A DNA stretch of 64,000 nucleotides from Bacteroidales bacterium UBA4333. GTDB lineage: Bacteria; Bacteroidota; Bacteroidia; Bacteroidales; Paludibacteraceae. Made by a program: the position numbers and the translations under genes. Location: the NCBI GenBank assembly GCA_002394335.1, contig DGTP01000014.1, positions 88,138 to 152,137 of the forward strand, written 5' to 3'. Below the pieces are notes generated by a model. That model was not told the origin of the DNA. It did no database searches and saw nothing but the letters and a program-made list of their open reading frames with translations. Numbering within the stretch: the first letter of the stretch is position 1; each line of letters opens with the position of its first letter. Of this stretch, positions 40,547 through 49,416 are shown in pieces.

Positions 40547-41533
40547 ATGTCAAATAAACAACAATTTGCTCTTATAGGCGCTGCCGGATACATTGCTCCG
40601 CGTCATATCAAGGCAATTGCCGATACAGGTAACAATCTCATGGTGGCTTATGACCGCTTCGATTCGGTCGGACGCCTTGACAGTTCATTCCCGGACTGTT
40701 CTTTCTTTACCGAGAACGAGCAGTTCGACCGTTTCTGCTCGAAACAGATGCGTACCGAGAATCCGCTCAACTGGCTTTCTATCTGTACGCCGAACTATAC
40801 GCACGATGCCTTTATCCGCTACGGTCTGCGCCTCGGATGCGATGTCATCTGCGAGAAACCTCTGGTACTCAACCCTTATAACATCGACAACCTCGTAGAA
40901 CTTGAGGCAGAGACGGGACACAAAGCCTATACGATCCTTCAACTCCGTTTGCACGACAAGATCCGTGCCCTGAAGGAGAAAGTGGAGAACGGTCCGAAGG
41001 ACAAGATCTACGATGTGGATCTGACCTATATCACCTCCCGCGGCAAGTGGTACTACTCTTCATGGAAGGGCGATGTGCATAAGTCAGGAGGTATTGCAAC
41101 CAATATCGGCGTGCATTTCTACGATATGCTCCAGTGGATCTTCGGTCCGGTGAAGAAGAATATTGTGCATGTAATGTCCTTCGACCGCGTGGCAGGTTAC
41201 TTGGAGCTGGAGAAAGCGCGTGTGCGTTATTTCCTCTCTATCAATGCCGACTGTCTGCCGGAGAATGCCGTACAGGGCGAGAAACGTACCTATCGCACGC
41301 TGTCTATCGACGGTGAAGAGTTCGAGTTCTCGCAGGGCTTTACCGAACTGCACACAGAGAGTTACCGTCAGATTCTTGCCGGTAACGGTTTCCGCATCTC
41401 CGAGGCACGTCCGTGCATAGAGATCGTCTCCGAGATACGCCATGCCCAGCCGATCGGCCTGGTGGGCGACTATCATCCGCTTGCCAAACTGCCTCTCTCT
41501 CCGCACCCCTTCGGTTGGGACGAGAAACGCTAA
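40547..41533 (+). CDS. Gfo/Idh/MocA-family NAD-dependent sugar oxidoreductase (WbpB-like)
   Basis: FALIGAAGYIAPRHIKAI Rossmann start, ICTPNYTHD and CEKPLVLN motifs. Confidence 0.7.
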   Translation: MSNKQQFALIGAAGYIAPRHIKAIADTGNNLMVAYDRFDSVGRLDSSFPDCSFFTENEQFDRFCSKQMRTENPLNWLSICTPNYTHDAFIRYGLRLGCDVICEKPLVLNPYNIDNLVELEAETGHKAYTILQLRLHDKIRALKEKVENGPKDKIYDVDLTYITSRGKWYYSSWKGDVHKSGGIATNIGVHFYDMLQWIFGPVKKNIVHVMSFDRVAGYLELEKARVRYFLSINADCLPENAVQGEKRTYRTLSIDGEEFEFSQGFTELHTESYRQILAGNGFRISEARPCIEIVSEIRHAQPIGLVGDYHPLAKLPLSPHPFGWDEKR

Positions 41534-41571
41534 GCATCTATCCGGACTGTACTAAATAACCATAATTTTTG

Positions 41572-42420
41572 ATGAAAGGCAAATACCAAATAGTTCTTCT
41601 CTTGCTCCTCGGCTTCGCGTTGGCGTCTTGCGTGACATCGCGTAAGGTCAACTATATGCAGAAGCCGGACAAAGAGATCCCTTCCTATCCAGACACCCTG
41701 TCTTACGAGGACTACAAGCTCCGCATCGGTGACCGTCTTTATGTGTATGTTTACTCCGTGGACGAGCGCATACAGAAGATGTACAACGCCGGCGGTAACT
41801 CTTCTCAGATGCGTTATCAGATGGGTAATGGCGGTAACAGCCAGTACGGCTCGTATGACCTATATACCTATCTCGTGGACGAAGAAGGAAACATCGACTT
41901 CCCGACCATCGGCAAAATCCCCGTACAGGGCAAGACCACACGCGAAGTGAAGTACACCCTGGAAGCGGAACTCAGCACTCTTCTGCGCGATCTGCCGGGG
42001 TATAGCACTATCTCCTGCGAGGTGAGCGTGGTTAACCGGACATTCTCAATCATCGGTGCGCAGAGCGGACGATATTCGATCAACAAAGAGAAGATGACAA
42101 TCTTCGAAGCCCTCGCCATGGCGGGAGATATAAAGGATTTCAACAGCAAGAAAGAGATTAAACTCATTCGCGAGATCAACGGTGTCACTACTATCAAGAC
42201 TTTCGATGCACGTTCCGAAGACATCGTCAACTCCGAGTACTATTACATAGAGCCGAACGATATTATCTATGTCCGTTATATGCCCGGATACAGTTTCGGT
42301 ATCAACCACGTGACGACGGTAATCGGCGTTACAGCTACCACCTTCTCCTTCGGTGTCTTTATCTATTCGATCGTGCAAACAGGTATCAACTTGGCAAAAC
42401 CGAAAGGAGGTAACCAATGA
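41572..42420 (+). CDS. Polysaccharide export outer-membrane lipoprotein (Wza-like), copy 1
   Basis: Lipobox GFALASC. Poly_export-like YKLRIGDRLYVYVYS, GNIDFPTIGKIPVQGKTTREV, and a hydrophobic C-terminal helix. First ATG at 41572. Confidence 0.75.
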   Translation: MKGKYQIVLLLLLGFALASCVTSRKVNYMQKPDKEIPSYPDTLSYEDYKLRIGDRLYVYVYSVDERIQKMYNAGGNSSQMRYQMGNGGNSQYGSYDLYTYLVDEEGNIDFPTIGKIPVQGKTTREVKYTLEAELSTLLRDLPGYSTISCEVSVVNRTFSIIGAQSGRYSINKEKMTIFEALAMAGDIKDFNSKKEIKLIREINGVTTIKTFDARSEDIVNSEYYYIEPNDIIYVRYMPGYSFGINHVTTVIGVTATTFSFGVFIYSIVQTGINLAKPKGGNQ

Positions 42421-43190
42421 AAAAGCTAATCTATATATTCCTTTTGGTAGCGGCAACCGTTTCGTTCTCAGGCTGTTACAGCCATCGTGTGATCGGATAC
42501 CTGCAGGATTCGACCAAGACCCATCCGCTGCCGCAGTACGACAGCGTGCCTTACGAGCCTTACCGTATCCGTGTGAATGACGAGATCATCTACCGCCTCG
42601 TCTCTTTGGACGAGACGATGTCCAAGATGTTAGGCTCAAACAATGCATCATCCTACGGTCAGTATGCCAACTCCTACCGTGTGCACTCCGATGGCACGAT
42701 AGACTTGCCGTTCCTCAAACCCGTTAAGGTACAGGGGCTGACCGAAGTGGAGGCGCAACAGGCTGTAGAAGAGGCGTTCCGCGAAGTGGTGCCGGACGCT
42801 TCGATCAAGCTTGCGCTATACAACAAGTACTTCTCCGTCATCGGAGACGCACATTCCGGACAGTTCTACATTTATAAGGAGAAGATGAATATCTTCCAGG
42901 CACTCGCCATGACCGGCGATGTGCTCAACTCCGGCGACCGGCGTCATATCCGTATCATCCGTCCCAAGGACAACGGGGAGGAACCAGAAATCCTCGAGTT
43001 CGATATACGTACCAATACGATTATCAATTCCAAATACTATTATATCTATCCGAACGATGTCATCTATGTGGCACGAACCAAAGACAGTTTCTACAAGGTA
43101 CCGTCTTATTCCGGCTTCCTGGGACTGATCACCAGTTCTGTGTCGCTCCTCGTTTCGGTATTAACCTTTGTGCAAAATCAAGTTCGTTAA
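42417..43190 (+). CDS. Polysaccharide export outer-membrane lipoprotein (Wza-like), copy 2
   Basis: Lipobox VSFSGCY. YRIRVNDEIIYRLVS, GTIDLPFLKPVKVQGLTEVEA, and a C-terminal helix. ATGA overlap with copy 1. Confidence 0.75.
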   Translation: MKKLIYIFLLVAATVSFSGCYSHRVIGYLQDSTKTHPLPQYDSVPYEPYRIRVNDEIIYRLVSLDETMSKMLGSNNASSYGQYANSYRVHSDGTIDLPFLKPVKVQGLTEVEAQQAVEEAFREVVPDASIKLALYNKYFSVIGDAHSGQFYIYKEKMNIFQALAMTGDVLNSGDRRHIRIIRPKDNGEEPEILEFDIRTNTIINSKYYYIYPNDVIYVARTKDSFYKVPSYSGFLGLITSSVSLLVSVLTFVQNQVR

Positions 43191-43196
43191 CAGGCT

Positions 43197-45878
43197 ATGA
43201 GTGGAAATAACAATTATACAGATTCAGGCAACAGCAATTATTTGTACGGCGATCCGTACGGCAGTTCGCCTTATGGCAACAGCCAATACGGAAACGCCTA
43301 TGGAGCAGGCGCTTACAGCGCCAATGGTATGTATGGAGGCAATGCCCGTTACGGCAATGCCCAGTACGGCAACGGCCAGTATGGGAACGGTCAATACACG
43401 GGCGGTGGGGATTCGGACGAAGATCCGTTAGAACAACAAACACAATTCAACCCCATTGAGTGGATCTTCACTTTTGCCCACTATTGGTATCTCTTTGTGA
43501 TCTTTGTGGGGATTGCTTTCGGTTTGGCGATGCTGAAGAACCGCAAATGGATCCCTTCCTATTATTCGCAGGGAACAATGGTCATCAAGGAGAACTCCGG
43601 TTACGGCGGCACACAGACCAGTCTGATGCAGGGATTCGGTCTGGATGTGACCTATACCAATGTGAACAACCAGATGATCATCCTCGGATCCTATGACCTG
43701 ATCAGCCGTGTTGTGGATTCGCTGCCCTTCATGCAGACCGAGTATATCACCCAAGGCAAGTTCAAAACCCGTAACCTCTACCGCGAGTCGCCTATCCTCA
43801 TCGAGCAGGAGCGTATAGACCAGGCGGCGTACCAAGACCTCTTTGAGATCAATTTCAACGAGGACGGTACGATGCGGATTGTGTCCACTGTGGACGAGTC
43901 CAGACTGGATGTTACTGTGCGATACGGTCAGAAGATTGATAACCAGCTCTTTACCATCACAATCTGGCCGACGGAGCTGATGGTCAACCGCGGTAAGATT
44001 TATGTGCGTTTCCGTACGAGAGAGTCGCTTGTAGACGAGTTTATGAACCGCCTCGAGATTGCTTTTGTCAACGAGGGTAGTACCGTCTTGGGACTGTCTC
44101 TGACCTCGGAGACCCCCCAGCGTGACTGCGAGTTTATCGACAAACTGGTAGAGACCTATCTGCAGAAGACCCTTGAAGAGAAGAACGCCGTGGCGGAGAA
44201 CTCCCTCCGGTTTATCAATTCGCAGTTAGGTATAATAGAAGACTCTTTGGATATCAGCCGCCGGGCAATGACCAATTTCCGTCAGGAGAACAAGTTCATG
44301 GATGTATCCTCTTATGCAGGGCAACTGCTCTCCAAAGCCGAAAATTTTGACCAGCAGATGCAGGCTCTCCGGCTCAAAGAGACCTATTTCGACTATCTCA
44401 CCAAGTATCTGAAGACCAATATAGAAAGCGGTTCGGTGATAGCTCCTTCGACTATGGGACTGAACGAACCGATGCTCTCCACCTTGGTACAACAGCTCAA
44501 TGACCTCCGTGTACAGCGTGGCGAAGTATCCGAGAAGAACGTGTACTACGCCAAGTACAGCAAAGATATGGATAATATCAAGGAGGCCATCAATGAGGTT
44601 GTGCGCTCCATGCGCGCGCAATTGGATATAGAGAAGAATAATATCCTTGAGCACATGGCAGAGATCGACGGCGAGATCCGCACCCTGCCTGCCAAAGAGC
44701 TGGAGATGGTGGGTATCGAGCGTAAGTTTAACATCGACGACAACTACTATACCTTCTTCCTCCAGAAGCGTGCCGAGGCTGAGATCCAGAAGGCATCCAA
44801 CACACCGGACAACCAAGTCATGGACAAAGCGCGTACAACCGCTATCATGAATGCTTCTACGAAGAAGAAGACCATGACTTCTTACCTCGCTGTGGGATTC
44901 ATCATTCCGCTGGTACTGATTGTCCTCTCCGAGTTGCTGAACAATAAGATCCGCTCGCCGAAAGACCTGCTCAAGCTGCACCGGTTCCACCTCATCGGTA
45001 CCGTGCGTCATGCCCGCAACCAGAACCCGACACTCGTCCGTGCCCGACCCAAGTCGTCCTACGCCGAGATGTTACGTTCTATCCGTACACGAATTGAGTT
45101 TGTGGTTAAGCGCAAGGATAAACTGGTCATCTCCGTTACATCAACGGAGTCCGGTGACGGTAAGACCTTCCTTTGCTCCAACATGGCGGCGCTCTATTCG
45201 ATGTCCGGTAAGAAGACCATCCTTGTGGACTGCGATATCCGTAAGCCGAATCTCCACACCAAACTCGGAATGGAGAACGGTAATGGTATCACCAACTACC
45301 TTATCGGCGATTGCGAACTCGACGAAGTCATCATCACCGATACACCTTTCGGTTTCGATCTGATGCGTGCCGGTACGGTACCGCCTAACCCGGGTGAGTT
45401 GATCCACTCCGACCGGATGACCGAGCTGCTCAATACGCTCCGCGAGTCTTACGACTATGTCATCATTGATACATCGCCTATCGGTCTGGTGCCTGACTCT
45501 TATCCTATTATCGAACAGACGGATATATGCCTCTTCGTAGTACGTTGCATGCAGACCAACAAGGGTCTGTGCAAACTGACCCTCGACCAGATGATGGAAG
45601 TTGTGGATACTCCGGAGAAGATACAGCTGGTACTCTCCGATATTCCAATTGAGGGACGATTTGCTTACGGCGGTTACGGTTATGGCTACGGTTACGGCTA
45701 TGGTTACGGCTACGGCTACGGTTACGGCGGTTACGGCTACGGAGCGTACGGCTATGGCAGAAAACGCAGCAAGTACGGACTGTCCTCCCGCAAGAGTGAT
45801 AATAACATCTACAACTATTATCACGACGACGAGGAAGAAGAAACCGCAGAACAGGAAACGGAAAACAAAACCATCTAA
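43197..45878 (+). CDS. Wzc-type chain-length determinant / BY tyrosine kinase with Gly-Tyr-rich termini
   Basis: Wzz-like periplasmic region between two TM helices. Walker A SVTSTESGDGKTFLCSN, VDCDIRKPNLH, IIDTSPIG. C-terminal YGGYGYGYGYGYGYGYGYGYGGYGYGAYGYG. Confidence 0.85.
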   Translation: MSGNNNYTDSGNSNYLYGDPYGSSPYGNSQYGNAYGAGAYSANGMYGGNARYGNAQYGNGQYGNGQYTGGGDSDEDPLEQQTQFNPIEWIFTFAHYWYLFVIFVGIAFGLAMLKNRKWIPSYYSQGTMVIKENSGYGGTQTSLMQGFGLDVTYTNVNNQMIILGSYDLISRVVDSLPFMQTEYITQGKFKTRNLYRESPILIEQERIDQAAYQDLFEINFNEDGTMRIVSTVDESRLDVTVRYGQKIDNQLFTITIWPTELMVNRGKIYVRFRTRESLVDEFMNRLEIAFVNEGSTVLGLSLTSETPQRDCEFIDKLVETYLQKTLEEKNAVAENSLRFINSQLGIIEDSLDISRRAMTNFRQENKFMDVSSYAGQLLSKAENFDQQMQALRLKETYFDYLTKYLKTNIESGSVIAPSTMGLNEPMLSTLVQQLNDLRVQRGEVSEKNVYYAKYSKDMDNIKEAINEVVRSMRAQLDIEKNNILEHMAEIDGEIRTLPAKELEMVGIERKFNIDDNYYTFFLQKRAEAEIQKASNTPDNQVMDKARTTAIMNASTKKKTMTSYLAVGFIIPLVLIVLSELLNNKIRSPKDLLKLHRFHLIGTVRHARNQNPTLVRARPKSSYAEMLRSIRTRIEFVVKRKDKLVISVTSTESGDGKTFLCSNMAALYSMSGKKTILVDCDIRKPNLHTKLGMENGNGITNYLIGDCELDEVIITDTPFGFDLMRAGTVPPNPGELIHSDRMTELLNTLRESYDYVIIDTSPIGLVPDSYPIIEQTDICLFVVRCMQTNKGLCKLTLDQMMEVVDTPEKIQLVLSDIPIEGRFAYGGYGYGYGYGYGYGYGYGYGGYGYGAYGYGRKRSKYGLSSRKSDNNIYNYYHDDEEEETAEQETENKTI
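45666..45758 (+). repeat. (TAY GGN)n microsatellite-like coding repeat giving about 15 Gly-Tyr dipeptides
   Basis: tacggcggttacggttatggctacggttacggctatggttacggctacggctacggttacggcggttacggctacgga... Confidence 0.85.
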
Positions 45879-45891
45879 AACGCAATTCATT

Positions 45892-47175
45892 ATGATGAAA
45901 AAACGAATATTGGTATCTCTCGCGGCTGCACTCACAATGCTGAGTGCAGCGGCAAATACCCTCTATACCCACGAGGGAACAGTCAAAAATTCCTATAACT
46001 TCTTGTTATATACCCCTGATTCGTATTCACCCGGGGCTGAGAACAAAATGCCTCTGATCGTCTTCCTGCACGGGCGCAGCCTTAGCGGAACAGACCTCAA
46101 CCGTGTCCGCCGGTACGGTTCGCTGAGCGCGATCCAGTACGGGCGCAAGATCAATGCTTTGGTTCTTGCACCGCAAAGCCCCGGTGAGAAATGGAACCCC
46201 AAGAAGGTGAATGACCTCATCGACTGGACTTTTGCGAACTACGAAGTTGATACCAACCGAGTTTATGTCATCGGAATGAGTATGGGCGGTTACGGCACCA
46301 TGGATTATGTGGCTGCTTATCCGCATCGTGTGACAGCCGCTATAGCAATGTGCGGCGGAATATCCAATCTCAACAATGCACCCAAGATGGCTTCGGTGCC
46401 GCTGTGGATTATTCACGGCACGGACGACAAAGCGGTATCCGTAGAGAAATCGGACGAGGTGTTCCGTAAACTGGAGGAGACGAACAAACCCCACCAGACC
46501 CACTATGACCGTCTTGATTCGGTAAACCACGCAATGTTGGCGCGGATGTTTTACCTCAATGAGACCTACGAATGGCTCTTTGCCCACACCCAGAAGGGAA
46601 AGAAGAACACTATCCAGCCGACCTTCGATGTGCGTAAGCTCCTTCCGGCTGCTTACAAAGGGCTGCGCTCCAATGCTGTATCCATGAAAGTGGAGTCCGG
46701 CAAGCCTAAGGCTCCCGCACCTGCACCCGGTGTAGAGCAGAAGGACTCACTCACACAAACCCCGGCTACCGCTGCGGCTCCAAAGGATACAACCATCTCT
46801 GCCGAAGAGGCCAAGCGCATAGCTGCAGAGAAAGCTGCCAAGGAGAAAGCGGAGAAAGAGGCTGCCGAGAAATTAGCGGCAAAGAAGAAAGCCGCAGCAG
46901 AGGCTGCCGCTGCCAAAAAGAAAGCAGCCGAGGAAGCCAAGAAAAAAGCCGAACTCGCCAAGAAGAAAGCAGCAGAAGAGGCTGCCAAGAAGAAGGCTGC
47001 CGAGGAAGCCAGGAAGAAAGCGGAAGCAGCTAAATGGCACGTCGTCAAATCCGGCGAGAGCCAGTGGTCGATCGCCAACAAGCACGGCATCACCGTTGAA
47101 CAGCTCCGCAAGATGAACAAACTGACCGACAAGTCTGTCATCCAACCGGGACAGAAACTGCGCGTCAAATACTAA
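45892..47175 (+). CDS. Secreted alpha/beta-hydrolase esterase + Ala/Lys/Glu-rich linker + C-terminal LysM
   Basis: Signal peptide MMKKRILVSLAAALTMLSAAA. PLIVFLHGRS, nucleophile elbow GMSMGGYG, IIHGTDDKAV. Linker AEKAAKEKAEKEAAEKLAAKKKAAAEAAAAKKKAAEEAKKK. LysM WHVVKSGESQWSIANKHGITVEQLRKMN. The tracked ORF start (45601) lies inside wzc and was rejected. Confidence 0.7.
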   Translation: MMKKRILVSLAAALTMLSAAANTLYTHEGTVKNSYNFLLYTPDSYSPGAENKMPLIVFLHGRSLSGTDLNRVRRYGSLSAIQYGRKINALVLAPQSPGEKWNPKKVNDLIDWTFANYEVDTNRVYVIGMSMGGYGTMDYVAAYPHRVTAAIAMCGGISNLNNAPKMASVPLWIIHGTDDKAVSVEKSDEVFRKLEETNKPHQTHYDRLDSVNHAMLARMFYLNETYEWLFAHTQKGKKNTIQPTFDVRKLLPAAYKGLRSNAVSMKVESGKPKAPAPAPGVEQKDSLTQTPATAAAPKDTTISAEEAKRIAAEKAAKEKAEKEAAEKLAAKKKAAAEAAAAKKKAAEEAKKKAELAKKKAAEEAAKKKAAEEARKKAEAAKWHVVKSGESQWSIANKHGITVEQLRKMNKLTDKSVIQPGQKLRVKY

Positions 47176-47215
47176 TGCGGTAACAAAACAATATAACACT
47201 TAAAATCCAATACTT

Positions 47216-48814
47216 ATGAAACACGTACTTTTAGGCGATGAGGCGATAGCCTTAGGCGCTATAGATGCCGGTTTAAGCGGCGTCTATGCATACCCGGGCA
47301 CGCCTTCGACGGAGATTACGGAGTTTATCCAACTCCATGAGTCCAAGACCCCTACCGGCATCTTCTGTCGCTGGGCTTCCAACGAGAAGACGGCTATGGA
47401 GGCAGCCCTCGGAATGGCTTACATGGGTAAGCGGGCATTGGTCTGCATGAAACATGTAGGAATGAATGTCTGCGCCGATGCGTTCATGAACGCAGCTATC
47501 ACAGGCGTTAACGGCGGCTTGGTAGTGGTAGCGGCAGACGATCCTTCGATGCACTCCAGCCAGAACGAGCAAGACTCGCGTTTCTATGCCAAGTTCGCGA
47601 TGATCCCTTGTGTCGAGCCTTCCAACCAGCAGGAGGCGTATACCATGACACAGTACGCATTTGACCTGAGCGAGCGTCTCAAGACCCCTGTGCTTCTGCG
47701 CGTCACCACACGTATGGCACATAGCCGTGCCGTTGTTGAGACGAACGATACACCGCGTCCGCAGAACGGCATGTCGCTGCCACAAAACGTGCAGCACTTC
47801 ATCCTGTTGCCGGCTTTCGCCAAACGCAACTATGCCGAACTGGTTGACCACCAGACTCTCTTCACAGACGAGAGCAACACCTCTCCCTATAATGCCTATA
47901 CGAAAGGTACAGCACCCGAACGTGCCATAATCACCACCGGAATAGCCTACAACTACCTCATGGAGAACTATTCTCCGGAGGAGGGACGTTCTATCCTCAA
48001 GATCACCCAATATCCTCTGCCCTTGGCACATATCCGCCAACTGGTTGCCGACGGCGCCCGGGAGATTCTTGTCATTGAGGAGGGACAGCCCGTGGTAGAG
48101 GAACTGCTGCACGGTCTGGTGCCCTCTACAGTCACGGTTAAGGGACGACTCACCGGCGACCTGCCGCGTATGGGCGAACTAACCCCGGACTCGGTTCGTG
48201 CCGCTTTGGGACTCGCTGCCCTTGAGACCAAGCAATCCGATGATCTGGTGGTAGCCCGACCGCCTGCTCTCTGTCAGGGATGCGGACACCGCGATGTCTA
48301 TGCCGCTCTCAACGAAGTGGCACGCGAGTACCCGTCGCCCCGTATCTTCGGCGATATAGGTTGCTATACCTTGGGTGCCCTTTCGCCTTTCCACGCCCTG
48401 CATGCCACCGTGGAGATGGGTGCCTCGATCACTATGGCCAAAGGCGCTGCCGATGCCGGTCAACACCCTGCCATAGCGGTCATCGGAGACAGTACTTTTA
48501 CCCACTCCGGCATGACGGGTCTGCTCGACTGTGTCAATACCAATGCCAATGTGGTGGTACTGATCTCGGACAACCTCACCACCGGAATGACCGGCGGACA
48601 AGACTCGGCAGGCACAGGAAGAATCGAGCAGATTTGTTATGGTCTCGGCGTGGCACAGGAGCATGTACGCGTTGTAGTGCCGCTGCCCAAGAACATGGAA
48701 GAGATCAAGCAAGTACTCCGCGAAGAGATCGACTACAACGGCACATCCGTTGTGATCGCCCGCCGTGAGTGCATCCAAACATTAAAACGTCATCTTAAAG
48801 CCAATAAGAAATAA
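47216..48814 (+). CDS. iorA: Indolepyruvate:ferredoxin oxidoreductase alpha subunit (TPP enzyme)
   Basis: GDEAIALGAIDAGLSGVYAYPGTPSTEI N-terminus, CQGCGHRDVY, and TPP-binding GDSTFTHSG. Confidence 0.8.
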   Translation: MKHVLLGDEAIALGAIDAGLSGVYAYPGTPSTEITEFIQLHESKTPTGIFCRWASNEKTAMEAALGMAYMGKRALVCMKHVGMNVCADAFMNAAITGVNGGLVVVAADDPSMHSSQNEQDSRFYAKFAMIPCVEPSNQQEAYTMTQYAFDLSERLKTPVLLRVTTRMAHSRAVVETNDTPRPQNGMSLPQNVQHFILLPAFAKRNYAELVDHQTLFTDESNTSPYNAYTKGTAPERAIITTGIAYNYLMENYSPEEGRSILKITQYPLPLAHIRQLVADGAREILVIEEGQPVVEELLHGLVPSTVTVKGRLTGDLPRMGELTPDSVRAALGLAALETKQSDDLVVARPPALCQGCGHRDVYAALNEVAREYPSPRIFGDIGCYTLGALSPFHALHATVEMGASITMAKGAADAGQHPAIAVIGDSTFTHSGMTGLLDCVNTNANVVVLISDNLTTGMTGGQDSAGTGRIEQICYGLGVAQEHVRVVVPLPKNMEEIKQVLREEIDYNGTSVVIARRECIQTLKRHLKANKK

Positions 48815-48816
48815 CT

Positions 48817-49407
48817 ATGAAAAAGGATATTATTTTAGCCGGTGTCGGCGGACAGGGAATATTGTCTATCGCCACAGTCATAGGTGAAGCGGCTCTGCAG
48901 GAGAACTTATACCTCAAGCAAGCCGAAGTACACGGAATGTCCCAGCGCGGAGGAGACGTACAGTCCAATTTGCGCCTCTCGTCTTCGCCCATTATGTCCG
49001 ACCTCATCCCAAAGGGTGGGGCGGATCTGATCATCTCGCTCGAACCCATGGAGGCGCTCCGGTATATCCAATACCTCAAACCGGACGGATGGATCGTTAC
49101 GGCATGCAATGCTTTCGTGAATATCCCCAATTATCCCGACCAGGATTCACTGCTTGCACATATACGTGCCCACCGCAATCATGTGATACTCGACGTAGAG
49201 GCTCTTGCCAAATCAGCCGGTGCGCCTGCACAAGCGGCTAACATGGTGCTGCTGGGTGCCGCTATCCCGATGTTAGGCATCGAGCACGACAAAATAATGG
49301 CAGGTATCGCACGTGTCTTCGCCCGCAAGGGAGAGGCAGTCGTCGCCTCCAATACCGCTGCTGCCGAAGCCGGTTATCAGCACTCTTGTCAAACCACGCA
49401 AAACTAA
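48817..49407 (+). CDS. iorB: Indolepyruvate oxidoreductase beta subunit
   Basis: ILAGVGGQGILSIATVIGEAAL...EVHGMSQRGGDV (2-oxoacid:ferredoxin oxidoreductase gamma-type fold), directly after iorA. Confidence 0.75.
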   Translation: MKKDIILAGVGGQGILSIATVIGEAALQENLYLKQAEVHGMSQRGGDVQSNLRLSSSPIMSDLIPKGGADLIISLEPMEALRYIQYLKPDGWIVTACNAFVNIPNYPDQDSLLAHIRAHRNHVILDVEALAKSAGAPAQAANMVLLGAAIPMLGIEHDKIMAGIARVFARKGEAVVASNTAAAEAGYQHSCQTTQN

Positions 49408-49416
49408 AAAAACGCT

